The notes under the pieces were generated by a model. The model was not told where the DNA came from, made no database searches, and saw only the letters and a program-made list of their open reading frames with translations. The translations under genes were made by a program, and so were the position numbers. A stretch of 64,000 nt of DNA from Selaginella moellendorffii (taxonomy: Eukaryota > Plantae > Lycopodiophyta). Below, piece after piece: positions 26,289 to 38,254 of the stretch (positions within the stretch are counted from its first letter, which is position 1; each line of letters starts with the position of its first letter). The DNA lies in contig NW_003314293.1 of the NCBI RefSeq assembly GCF_000143415.4, forward strand, positions 1,359,104-1,423,103, in the 5' to 3' direction.

Positions 26289-27530
26289 ATGAAGAAAAGG
26301 AGCAAAGAAGCGCCTGTGTTGCTGCAAGACGACATTGAGACGGTTCTCAGCTATGTGGACCTGGCCACACTAGCGACCTCATGCTCCGCCGTTTGCAAGT
26401 CATGGAACGCCATCATCGGCGATCCATCCTTTCGCCGCCGCTGGTGCCAAAACAGTGGCCACAAGGAATCCTTGCGGCTTATGACTAGCTCCTTCGACTA
26501 CGGCGAGCGTTGCCACGCCTGGGATCCATCACGGCCCCAACGCAGCGTGGAGTTTCCGTTGCCCCACAAAACGGAAGAACTTCCTAACGCTCAAGTGGTT
26601 GCTTCCGCGGGTGGCCTGGTATGCGTCTTCAGGACGCACAGGGGCATGGTTGATCCTGCTGATGATGTGTTTCACCTGGTGGTGGGGAATCCAGTGACCC
26701 AAGAGTGGAGCGAACTACCACCGCTCCATTGGGAGGACAGAGAAAGATGCACTTTAGCGGGAGTGATCGACTTTGCCATGTTCGTCGACAAGAATGGCTT
26801 CAAAGTCGGTCTGCACTACACCGCTGTCGACTTCTCAGGCCACTGGTGCTGCATCTACGACTCGGCAACGCGCTCCTGGTCTTCTCTCCCCAAGCTCCCG
26901 TTCTCGCCAGCCTACGTCAAAATGAAGGCGCAGCGGCTTTCAGATTACAGCGTGGACGTGCCACCCCCTGCTGTATTCCCAGGCTTGGACGATTACTTCT
27001 ACGATCTCACCATCCTGGGATTTTACGACTTTGGCCGCGGCAGGTGGAGCACCGGGGAAGTCGTGCGCAGCCTGAGGATTACAACAGGCCTGGAAGACAA
27101 GGTTGACCCGGATGGAGAGATCCTGCGCTGCGTCTTGCCGCTCCCGGGACTGTGCACCGCGAGGCTGTGGGAGTACAATGGCCAGCGATACTTGGCAAGT
27201 GGCTGGGTGTATGCGGGAGGCTACCGCGAGGCAGGGGAGTCCGGAGTTGATGGCTATGGCGTGTGGAAGGTTGACGACAAGGGTGGCTTGGTTGCCGTCT
27301 CTGCAAAGACCCATAAATCGATCCTTCGTCAAGTGTACGCTGGGCAGCGCTTTTTCGGAGCGGTTTTCCGTTGTTCTGTTCATGCAGAGGCCAATCTGGT
27401 GATCTTTTCAGAGATAGGGATCATGTTTGTTTACGACTTGAGCACAGGGGATTGGGGCGGAGTAGGGGGGCACGTAGATGAATATTCACAAGCAGTGATT
27501 TTTCGCCCGTCCCTCAGGGCACCTAGATGA
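26289..27530 (+). CDS. F-box protein F3 (one-codon deletion in the F-box motif)
   Basis: QDDIETV versus QDD(I/V)LETV in the other copies; otherwise open and near-identical. Confidence 0.85.
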   Translation: MKKRSKEAPVLLQDDIETVLSYVDLATLATSCSAVCKSWNAIIGDPSFRRRWCQNSGHKESLRLMTSSFDYGERCHAWDPSRPQRSVEFPLPHKTEELPNAQVVASAGGLVCVFRTHRGMVDPADDVFHLVVGNPVTQEWSELPPLHWEDRERCTLAGVIDFAMFVDKNGFKVGLHYTAVDFSGHWCCIYDSATRSWSSLPKLPFSPAYVKMKAQRLSDYSVDVPPPAVFPGLDDYFYDLTILGFYDFGRGRWSTGEVVRSLRITTGLEDKVDPDGEILRCVLPLPGLCTARLWEYNGQRYLASGWVYAGGYREAGESGVDGYGVWKVDDKGGLVAVSAKTHKSILRQVYAGQRFFGAVFRCSVHAEANLVIFSEIGIMFVYDLSTGDWGGVGGHVDEYSQAVIFRPSLRAPR

Positions 27531-30500
27531 TCCAGAAAGGAGGATGAACGCCACACAAACAGGTATTGTTAATCCCAAGAAGGAAGTAGAGTACATAAAT
27601 TGCAAGATATATTACATTATTGAGATTATTGTAATAGTAGCTTAGTATAATAAAATGTATTGAGAAGCAAAGATTAATTATAGAGTGGATAAATATTTGC
27701 TTGTTTTTTGCATTTTATGAGTTGAATATATTTTTATTCAAAGAGTTTTAAAGATGGCACTAATTAATATTTACTAAGAAGTTTTTAGTTTATAACAATA
27801 AGAGAAATTGTTGAACTTTGTGAATTTTATCAATTGATGCTATTAAATAAAGGGAAATATTGTTTTTTCACTATGCATTTTTTTGAATTTTTTTTGTAAT
27901 GTTGAGTCAACCAATAAGTGTATGACATACATTAGGTTAGGGAAGAAGGTAGATATAATATTTAATTTTTTGCTTATTTAAATAAATTTTGTGAGAGTAA
28001 AATTTTCTTTACTATAAGATGCTCCTTTCCTTAATTTTCTTTTTAGGGTAATAAGTCCATTTCTCACATCTTTATTTAAATCTTTGTAAGTTTTCTAATT
28101 TCTTATTTTTTACTACAAAAATATTAAATCTATAAATATTCTTCAATCCTAATATAAATCATACTATATTTTGAAGATTTCAAAGGCGAAAGGGGATTGT
28201 AGGGATTAGCTTCTTTTAAAACATATTAAAGAAATATTAAGCCAACTTCAAGAATAAATAAAAATTTAATCTCAAAGAAGAAAGTTAACACACTTTATCC
28301 TATTATTTTTTTTCAGATAAGGGAAAATGTGAATTTTTTTTTAAAGAGAATCATTCCTTTGGTAAAAAAATACATAAGTCCAAGAAAAAGAAGCTAGCAT
28401 AGTAGCATCTTAGGAAACTAAAAAAAAAAGTATAATATAAAATAGTTTAAAGATTTCTAAATTTAATTCAAATTTACACTTTCATTTTATAATCACTTTT
28501 TAACATCCTTATGATGCCTCAAGATATGGGGGAATATAATTTCTCCTTCTTTAATCCCTATTAAGTTCTTTTTTGTTCACAACAATATTTGCCAATTCTG
28601 TTATTAGAACAAGTTCCAAGAGTTAATAAGATTTAATGAATAAGTTTTTGAGCCTTCCTCACCACATAACTATACCTTTAGTTATTAAGCAAAAGGACCA
28701 TTCATTTTTTATTAAATTCCCCAATCATGTATTTAAAGTAAAGTTCTGATGAGTTATACAAAATATTCAAATAGTGCTACCCACACTTGGATTAAGAGCA
28801 TTGACCATTCAATCTCCTAAAAAAGATAGAGCTAAATATTATACATTTCAACAAATCATTCAATTTATCCATTCATGTTTATTTTAACCTTGGACTCCTT
28901 AATATTTACATCATCACCCACCATATGAAAATAACATTTTTTGGTCATATTGATTCTTTAGAATCCTCCTCTTATTATCCCATAGAAACTTATTAAACCC
29001 CTTAATGTTTAGGAAAAAATTGCTTTAGGCTTTCACCCCACCTTCAAATATGTTTGTCTCTAGATATATCAAGCCTTGGACTTGGTCTTGGACATGGTCT
29101 CAAACTTGGTCTAAGACTTGATCCTAGACTTAATTTTAAACTTGATCTTAGAGTTGTTTCAGATTGGGTTTCGAACTCAGTCTTGGACTTTATCTCAACA
29201 TTTCTATATATTACAATAATTGTCACATGTTAGTCATTCTCTTGTCTCTTTTTTAAAAACTCATTTATTAATCATTTTATACTCATTCCTCAAACATTTT
29301 TTTAGGAGTTTATTTCCACTCTCAACTTTTTAAGTCAAAGCTTTTGGTCCAAATATGTTATGTTCATTGAACTTTTGCCTCAATCACTACCTCACATTCA
29401 ACTTTACTTTGGGGCTTAAAGATTTGTGTTTTATAAGTGTTTCATAACTAATCCAGTTTGATATATTTGACATATAACTTATATATGGCATGGCTATCAG
29501 GAAGAAGGCAGTAATCATAGTGTAATATTGAGGCTTAGGGGAAAAACATTTTTGAGAGCTAAAAACACCTAAGTAAGATTTTAGAGCTAAAATTCTATCA
29601 CAATATTTAATTTTGTGTTTTCAATTGCTATATAGGATAAAGAGAAATTAGTGCCATAAGGTTGGGGTGTTTACCATGTAGGAGTGAGGCATAAAATTTA
29701 TGGAGGTTTAAATAAAGGCACTTCTCACCTAAGTCTTTAATTCAAACCCCATATCTATATGATAAATGGAAAATTATGAAGTAAATTTTTATGTAGATTT
29801 TATGACATTTTAGGCTATAATAGATTTGATTGTCACCACATTTTTTAATTGCAAATTTAGCCATTTGGAGAAAAAGAAACTCATCCTATTGTTCTATTTC
29901 ATTAGTATTCTTAAGTTTAGAAAAGAACTTAATAAAACTATACAAATATGTAATTTGTTGAGTTCAACTATCTATTAAGTTGCATTTTATTATAGGGTTA
30001 AAATATCAAAGGTTATTTTAATGACAAACTGAATGAATGTGTGGTGCTCATATCAAATTTCACTGCTACTGCATCCAAGAAAGAAAGTAAAGTGGTTAAT
30101 ACTGATGAAAAACTTTTTTCAAATTTGAAAGGGTAAGATATAAGCTTTATATATAAAGAATGCTGAAAGTTATTGTGAGTATGGGATGGGTTTGGGTATT
30201 TGGGAGCTAGGATTATATATATCTGGGAACCAATGGGGGAGCCAGTGGCAATGTTGTAGCATGTTTCCTTGATAAATTTAGTTACTTATCTTTTTAGTTT
30301 AACAAGAGACAAGACATTAGTATCCAGTTTAACTCTAGTTCAAAAAGCAATTTGCTCTTTACTGTGTATGTTACTAAGTTTTCGCCTCATTAAATAGCTT
30401 AAACCTTTATTTATCATTATGACGCACTATTTTAAAAAAGTGGTTTAACAGCTAGCATAAATTTAAATAGCTATAAATATAACAAAACAAGCATTTGAGG

Positions 30501-30617
30501 AATAAGAACCACCCTTGCAAGTTCTGTTGAAAATTTGGCTGAAGTGTCGGCGGTGTCCATGATGCGAGAGAACGCGTTCAAGCCCTAGCCAGCGTTCCAT
30601 GCGGGGGCCGATCGCCA

Positions 30618-32113
30618 ATGCCAGAGGACGATGCCTATCGATTCGAGGTCACGGGGCCAAAGCGCAAGCACTTCAACTGGTAAAGAATCTCGCCGCCCTA
30701 GCTGCACTGCTCTGTTTGAAGCGATTCTTGGCGGGCTGGGTGTGTGATTTTGGCAGTAGAATCCCGTTTCGATTGATTCCAATCACCCCCGAGAGAATTC
30801 TCAGCTACCCTAGGCTTGTCTTTGATCATAGCCTTTCATTTGTCCCATTTTGGTGTCTCTTTCGTTCACTTGCGTGCTAAGTGCTGATTGATAAGTAGTT
30901 CGATGGCTAGTCTTTAGTGGATTGGTCCTCACTTCTCCATTCTTTTTTTTTGTTGTTTCGCAAAGCTTGCTTGGGCTTGAGTTCATTGTCTACTTTTTTG
31001 TTTCATTGCTGCTAAAGACTTGGTCCGGTTAGAGTTCTCGTCCTTTAAAAGCTTTTTATCTCGATTCCTCGCGAGTTCTTACCATACATTCTTTCCAGGG
31101 ATGTTCCGGACGACAAAAGAGCAATCTTGGCATGCCTTGTGTCAAGCGTGTACTCACTCCAGCACGACAGATCGAAAAACTACACAGGAACTCCGCAAGC
31201 TCTCGCTCCTCCCTGGTGGACGTCCTTCAACTACGAGCTCCTCGACGTGATCCTCGGCAATGACAAGCTCCGGATCAACGGCGCAGTGTTCGTGTGGAAC
31301 TACAAAAACCACTGGAAGCCTGCCCGAGCTCCGATGGTGGTCCTGGCGCTCAGAGGCACGGACAGCCTAACCAGCAACTACATCGTCGACTTCAAGATCG
31401 CCAACCAGGAGCTTTACAAGACAGGCAGGTTCACAGCCGCGTACAACGCTCTCCGAAACGCCGTCGCATGGCATGGCAAGGACAACGTTTGCATCACGGG
31501 GCACTCGCTCGGAGCAGCGGTGGCGCTCTCCGCCGCTCGGATGATGGCATCGCAGGGCCAGTTCGTCGAGGCTCATCTCTTCAATCCTCCATTCTCGTCC
31601 TCGACCGCTCCATACAAGTCACTCTTCGGTGCTGAGACTTACAGCAATCTCCAAGAGGTTTACACCGTTGCAAAGGCCGGGCTCGTCAACTTGCTGGTGG
31701 ATGCCGCAAAGAGAAGGGAGTCCGAGGCAGAGTTTGCGGCACTTGGAAGCTGGTACCCGGACATGTATGTTCATCCCAGTGATCCGGTATGCTCGGGCTT
31801 TCTCGAGCACTTCAAGAACTATCAGTATATGCTACAGGGGAAGTACGCGAGATTGGCGATGCCTCACGAATCCATCCGGGGCGTGCTCTGCTCCTCCAAA
31901 GCGAAGCCGCATCACCTCATCCCCTCGGCAAGGCTTCACGTCCCAGCGGATGACGGCAAAGCTGCGAGTGCTCGAGACGCTCATTCTCTTACACAGTGGT
32001 GGTCGGATGGAGCAGTCGTTCAGGTGCAATTTGTCAACTTGACAGGTCAAGAACACTTGGATCATCCGCTGCAAATCCCGTTTGGGGGGATAAGCGACGA
32101 AGCTATGGTGTAG
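30618..32113 (+). CDS. Class-3 lipase-like gene copy L4, intact; exons 30618-30679, 31099-32113
   Basis: Same structure and motifs as L2; D to N change in TSNYIVD. Confidence 0.9.
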
Positions 32114-32580
32114 TACGTACATATTTTCTCTGTGCTCAAAGAACCCGAGAAAAAAGTTTTTATTTTTTCCTGTGCTAGACCAAGGTTTGAAGAGATCGCG
32201 GCGTGTTTTCGACGTTCAATCTTACTGGAAGAACGTCACAGGTGGATGTTTACCACGTCATGACTTTACAATGAACACTTTCATTGTCTGCTCGAGCCAA
32301 AGCCTTCAAAGTAAGTTTGCTCGCGTTTGTTTTTGTTAGATGGTTAAAGAGAGAACGAGGCCGGATAATGAGGGTTGGCGGTTTCAACTGGAGAAGCACA
32401 AACCAGTGAGGACAGATAATGGGGAATAACTTCAGAAAGAAGAAGCTGAGCTTCCCGAAAATGAGATTTTTTAATCGATCAAGCGTTCACTCTGCTTCCG
32501 CGAAAGTTAGGTTTTTTATGGAGCTCCTTGCATCCCTTTTGCAGTACTATAAGGTCACTCTTCTAGGTATTGCCCTTGTG

Positions 32581-33825
32581 ATGAAGAAACGGAGAAATGA
32601 AGCGCCTGTGTTGCTGCAAGACGACGTTTTGGAGACGGTTCTCAGCTATGTGGACCTGGCCACACTAGCGACCTCATGTTCCGCCGTTTGCAAGTCATGG
32701 AACGCCATCATCGGCGATCCATCCTTTCGCCGCCGCTGGTGCCAAAACAGTGGCCACAAGGAATCCTTGCGGCTTATGACTAGCTCCTTCGACTACGGCG
32801 AGCGTTGCCACGCCTGGGATCCATCACGGCCCCAACGCAGCGTGGAGTTTCCGTTGCCCCACAAAACGGAAGAATTTCCTAACGCTCAAGTGGTTGCTTC
32901 CGCGGGTGGCCTGGTATGCGTCTTCAGGACGCACAGGGGCATGGTTGATCCTGCTGATGATGTGTTTCACCTGGTGGTGGGGAATCCAGTGACCCAAGAG
33001 TGGAGCGAACTACCACCGCTCCATTGGGAGGACAGAGAAAGATGCACTTTAGCGGGAGTGATCGACTTTGCCATGTTCGTCGACAAGAATGGCTTCAAAG
33101 TCGGTCTGCACTACACCGCTGTCGACTTCTCAGGCCACTGGTGCTGCATCTACGACTCGGCAACGCGCTCCTGGTCTTCTCTCCCCAAGCTCCCGTTCTC
33201 GCCAGCCTACGTCAAAATGAAGGCGCAGCGGCTTTCAGATTACAGCGTGGACATGGCACCCCCTGCTGTATTCCCAGGCTTGGACGATTACTTCTACGAT
33301 CTCACCATCCTGGGATTTTACGACTTTGGCCGCGGCAGGTGGAGCACCGGGGAACTCGTGCGCAGCCTGAGGATTACAACAGGCCTGGAAGACAAGGTTG
33401 ACCCGGATGGAGAGATCCTGCGCTGCGTCTTGCCGCTCCCGGGACTGTGCACCGCGAGGCTGTGGGAGTACAATGGCCAGCGATACTTGGCAAGTGGCTG
33501 GGTGTATGCGGGAGGCTACCGCGAGGCAGGGGAGTCCGGAGTTGATGGCTATGGCGTGTGGAAGGTTGACGACAAGGGTGGCTTGGTTGCCGTCTCTGCA
33601 AAGACCCATATATCGATCCTTCGTCAAGTGTACGCTGGGCAGCGCTCTGTGGGAGCGGTTTTCCGTTGTTCTGTTCATGCAGAGGCCAATCTGGTGATCT
33701 TTTCAGAGATAGGGCTCATGTTTGTTTACGACTTGAGCACAGGGGATTGGGGCGGAGTAGGGGGGCACGTAGATGAATATTCACAAGCAGTGATTTTTCG
33801 CCCGTCCCTCAGGGCACCTAGATGA
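32581..33825 (+). CDS. F-box protein F4
   Basis: Same motifs as F1; the ORF is open from 32419. Confidence 0.88.
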   Translation: MKKRRNEAPVLLQDDVLETVLSYVDLATLATSCSAVCKSWNAIIGDPSFRRRWCQNSGHKESLRLMTSSFDYGERCHAWDPSRPQRSVEFPLPHKTEEFPNAQVVASAGGLVCVFRTHRGMVDPADDVFHLVVGNPVTQEWSELPPLHWEDRERCTLAGVIDFAMFVDKNGFKVGLHYTAVDFSGHWCCIYDSATRSWSSLPKLPFSPAYVKMKAQRLSDYSVDMAPPAVFPGLDDYFYDLTILGFYDFGRGRWSTGELVRSLRITTGLEDKVDPDGEILRCVLPLPGLCTARLWEYNGQRYLASGWVYAGGYREAGESGVDGYGVWKVDDKGGLVAVSAKTHISILRQVYAGQRSVGAVFRCSVHAEANLVIFSEIGLMFVYDLSTGDWGGVGGHVDEYSQAVIFRPSLRAPR

Positions 33826-33899
33826 TCCAGAAAGGAGGATGAACGCCACACAAACAGGTATTGTTAATCCTGAGCTAGTCTGTAAGTTAACGAGACTTC

Positions 33900-35100
33900 C
33901 TGGGCTGGCAGGAACACACACACCTGTTTGGAGCATTGGCGAAGTCTGTCTATTATTCAAGAATTATACACATTATGTACATATAAGATTTTGAGATTCT
34001 ATGTACATAGAAGATTTTGCCTCCCAGAGGATTGCTACTCAACAGTACGGTAGACATATTCATGATGGGGATGAAAGTCTACTCTTCAAATCAATCAATG
34101 CCTCGTGATCCGCTGGTACGCTGCACCATTCCTGGGCCATATTCGTAGGTCGGATTCGAGACCTCCGCGCCGAAGATCTCACGCTGCTGCGGCCGTGGTC
34201 TCCTTGTTCCACTTTAGAATTTGTGACCTTAGCAGGCAAAGCTCATGAACATGCTCTCCATCCGCGATCGCAGTCTTTGCGCTCCCTCGCCGCGGCCTTT
34301 GGAAGCCGCCGATAAGACTGCGCCACTTTCTGGCGGCTCCTGGTAGAAAAAGAAAAAGAAAAAAAACAAAACAAAACCAAAGAACCTTTTTGCTTTCCCG
34401 TCAAGGCGAATTTCTGGAATTCGTCTTCGCTGCTCAAGACGATTGTCGCTCAATCCGGCAGCTCTTTAAACATCTACGACCACAAAACAAACGCGTGACC
34501 ACCGTAGCAAAACATTTCACATACTTACTTTCATAAATCGTGATCATTCGAGCATATCACGACAACAAAAACTATGAGGCGACATCCAAAGTGAAAACCA
34601 TTTCTTCAGAACATCGAAAACAAGAACTTACATGAATAACTTTGCGCCATTGTTTCAACCTCTTTCTCCTCCAACCAAGAACACGAAGGAAAAAAAAAAA
34701 CCTCTCCCCCAGATAGACGCAGAGAAAGAAAGCCCAAGCGCAGGCAGCAAGAAAGAAGAGAGACTTACCCGTGTAGCGTTTTGGAGCATTCCCTGGGATC
34801 CAATGGAGGCGGCCGAGCAAATGGGTCGGCGCTAAACCTTGCGAGGCGCGGCGGCGAGCACAGCCCAGTTCCCCAATCGCTGGAATCGGCGAGAGCGGCG
34901 GCCCCAAAAGCCTCCAAATCTTTGCTTGCCACCTTTTGCTAGACGAAACGAGCGAGGGGACTAGCGCACCACCCTCGACGCCATGGATGGTGGTGGTGGT
35001 GGACGCTTAAACTCACGCACACGCACACGGGGGCACACCACTTAATAGAAAGAAAGAGAAAGAAAGAAGAAACCCAACCCAACTCTCTCCTCTCTCTTTG
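33900..35100 (-). other. Candidate spliced minus-strand transcription unit (decayed gene or lncRNA), convergent with F4
   Basis: Minus-strand GTAAGT donors near 34768, 34631 and 34528; pyrimidine-rich acceptors near 34474 and 34341; CT-rich 5' region; no long ORF. Confidence 0.4.
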
Positions 35101-35940
35101 AGTTGATGGCCTAACTCTCTAAGTAAGAGTGCGATGCACGACTTTCACCTCTAACACGAAAAAGAAAGGGCAAACAATGGGAGAGAGAGAGCCCAAAAGG
35201 TAAGAAAAAAAAAAAGATTGAGAAGAAAAAACGGCAAAAAGAAGAACAATGAGGGTTAAAATGTATAAACCGACTTGGGTGGTGGAAATTATTTCCCCCC
35301 AGCGGTCCAATCCATGGTGGCTTAAGGTGAGATTAAAGGCTAATCACAATTAGCCGCGGGCCAACGACTGCTATGTGCCACCGCCACCCTTCGGGAAAAC
35401 AAATAGGATTTGTGTTAACCGAGGTGGAGTTTATTACCATTAGCGGGTGATTAGCGCCGCAGGCGTCAGATTGCTTTGCAGCAACGGTGAGGATTGGAGG
35501 GCGCCAGCGCTTTACATGTCTACGTGTACACTGCATGGACCAGGAAGCAAAAAGCAAAAAATAATGCTTGCCTCTCTTTTATATGTTTCAAGCCTTGTTG
35601 TGTTTTTTTAGGGGCCACCACCTTTGGGTTTGTAATGAGGGAAAATTTTGACCAAGGACGTGGAGTTTGTGGGTCGGCCTGCTGCCGCTGCCTCGTCTAG
35701 CAATAAAGTGGAGAAAGGGGGTGCAATCGCCACCGTTACTTTTAGCGCTTACCTGTCCCATTATGTTGGATTTTGATTTTGGTCAATGATTAGGTACTTT
35801 AAGATCTTTAACCATATTTATGTACTAAATTGTTTCTGAAGAAATTTCAAATGACACTAATCATCAAGTAGACTTTAAAACTAAATTCTACCGCCAAAAC
35901 AAACATGCCAAAAATTAAATATGAAGAATTAAAGTTCTAG

Positions 35941-38254
35941 TGTTCTAAAGTTCCCTACTCCGAAGTGTGTGAATGATGTGCAGCGCTTCTTGGGTAAGGT
36001 GTAGTATCTCGGTCGTTTTGTGGATCATCTTTCCGATCGCACTACACCATTGCGAGCGTTGCTGAAGTCATCAACGTCATCTTTCATCTGGTCTCCGGAT
36101 TGTGAGCGGGCGTTCGTGGATCTCAAGGAGCTATTGACGACTCATCCGGTTTTGGCATATCCTGACTACACTCGACCTTTTATTTTGCGCATAGATGCTT
36201 CTGACATTGGTCTTGGAGGTGTTTTGATGCAAGAGAGCTCGAGTGTGCCTGGTCAGCGCCACCCCATTGCCTACATAAGCCGTACATTACAACTAGCGGA
36301 GATGAACTACTCCACGACGGAGAAGGAGTGTTTAGCAGCAGTCTGGGGTTTCGAGAAACTTCATGCATATCTACATGGTTCTCGGATGTTACTTGAAGGT
36401 GACCATGCTGTTGTTACTTCATTATTGAAGCGGAAGAACCTGGTTGGTCGTACGGCTCGATGGGCTTTGAAACTTCAAATATATAATTTCGATGTTCATC
36501 GCCCAAGGAGTTCTATGGCTGATGCTGATGCCCTTTCTCGAGCTCCTCTTCCTTCTCCACTCACTTCTCATGTTTCTGACGAACCTGTTGTTCCAACATC
36601 TGTGGATTTTCTAGATGAGGATTCTGTGCCATTGGCGGTTGCTGTCCTTGACGTTCAGTGTCCACAAGGCACAGAGCAAGATCTACCTTCTCTTGATGAG
36701 GTTCGCGATGCTCAAAAGATTGAGCTGTGGATTCGAAGGCTTCGAGATGGATTTGAGAATCCTGCATCACTTGCTGATGACTTGCCTTTCCGGCATTTAC
36801 ATTCTCAATATCGCCTTGAAAATGGCCTTTTTTATTTTGTGGGGACGGATCCTGATGATTATTTACGGCTTGTGGTGCCTTCGGTGTTTATTCCGCGGTT
36901 TCTCCATGCCTACCATGATTCTCCTGTTCTAGGTGGGCATATGGGACACCGTCGTGTTACTGAGAAGCTGCGCAGGTCTTTTTATTGGCCGGAGATGCGA
37001 CGTGATATTATCCGGTATGTGCGTAGCTGCGTTTGGTGCCAAGCTCATAATACTCCCCCTCGTGCTGCGGAAGGACGGTTGAAGTCAATTGCGGTTTCCC
37101 GTCCGTTTGAGTTAGTGGCGTTTGATCTTATGAGACCTTTTCCACGGTCGACTGCTGGCAATGAGTATGTTATTATTGCTTCTGACTACTTGACTTGTTG
37201 GGTGGAAGTTGGTGCTCTTGCTAGTGCCTCTGCAACTACTGTTGGATACTTCCTCCTCAATCAAGTGGTGTTCCAGCATTCTTGTCCAGAGCGGATTCTT
37301 TCGGATAATGGTCCCGCATTTATGGCTGAGGCATTTCATGTTTTGACGTCTCGGTTGGGGATACGCCACACTTTCACGAGTGCTTATCATCCACAATCAG
37401 ACGGTCTGGTGGAACGGCTCGTTCGGACATTCAAAGGGATGATTGCAAAGTATGTGAACTTTCAGCATTCGGATTGGGATGGTTATTTGCTGTCTCTTCG
37501 GTATGCATATGTTACAGGGGTGCAGAGTTCTGTTGGTGTTTCACCATATAAACTCCTATATAGTCATGATCCAATATTACCAACGGAGCTGGGTTTACCT
37601 TCACGATTGCCACGAGCTGCCGATGCTAAATCATGGGATCAGTATTTGACGAGCATTCTTCCACTTGTCTGAGCAGAGTCTGCCGAACACTTAGGCCGCG
37701 TACAAGTGGGACAACAATGGCGCTATAACTCCCATCATCGTCCACCTGCGGAGTACAAAGTGGATGATTTGGTGTTAGTCCGTTTTCCCCATCTTACAGT
37801 ACGTGGTTTATCTAAGGGGCTTCTTGCGCAATGGAAAGGACCGTATCGAGTGTTGTGGCAAGTTGGACCACAAGTTTATGAGGCTCGGCGTGACGTTTAG
37901 CAGGCCGATCCTCTAGAGATTGTGCATGTGCAGCGGCTGAAACGCTTCGTACAAAGGGATCAGGAGGAGTTATTACCACCTACAGATCCACCGATGCCTC
38001 CTCTTGACGTTCCTTCGGATCCCGGCCCATCTTCAAGAGAACCCTGATGGTCTTCCATTATCCGAAGAGGAGGGGATGATGTGAGGGCCAAATGTACGGT
38101 TACGATGCCGTATACTAATATTAGTGTAGTGGGATTTTGGTAGCCGTCGGATTGGTTTCAATCTGGACCACTTGTTCCTGTATATAAGCTAGGGTTTTTG
38201 GGCTAATTGATATGCACATTTCTGTATTCCCTTTCCATATTCCAGGCACTCACA
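35941..38254 (+). mobile_element. Ty3/Gypsy element C, 5'-truncated (RT tail, RNase H, integrase, 3' LTR 38080-38254)
   Basis: ORF 36020-37672 has DASDIGLGG, NYSTTEKECLA, the HHCC zinc-binding region, SDNGPAF and PQSDGLVER; WKGPY lies downstream; PPT present; its right flank matches element D. Confidence 0.93.

Noticed and set aside
33997-34012. 16-bp palindrome TTCTATGTACATAGAA
   Set aside because: Too short for a miRNA precursor or MITE, with no supporting structure.
34420-34475. MYB-like CLKSCR peptide on the minus strand
   Set aside because: Only six residues match, the following RW..YL motif is missing, and a stop follows shortly.
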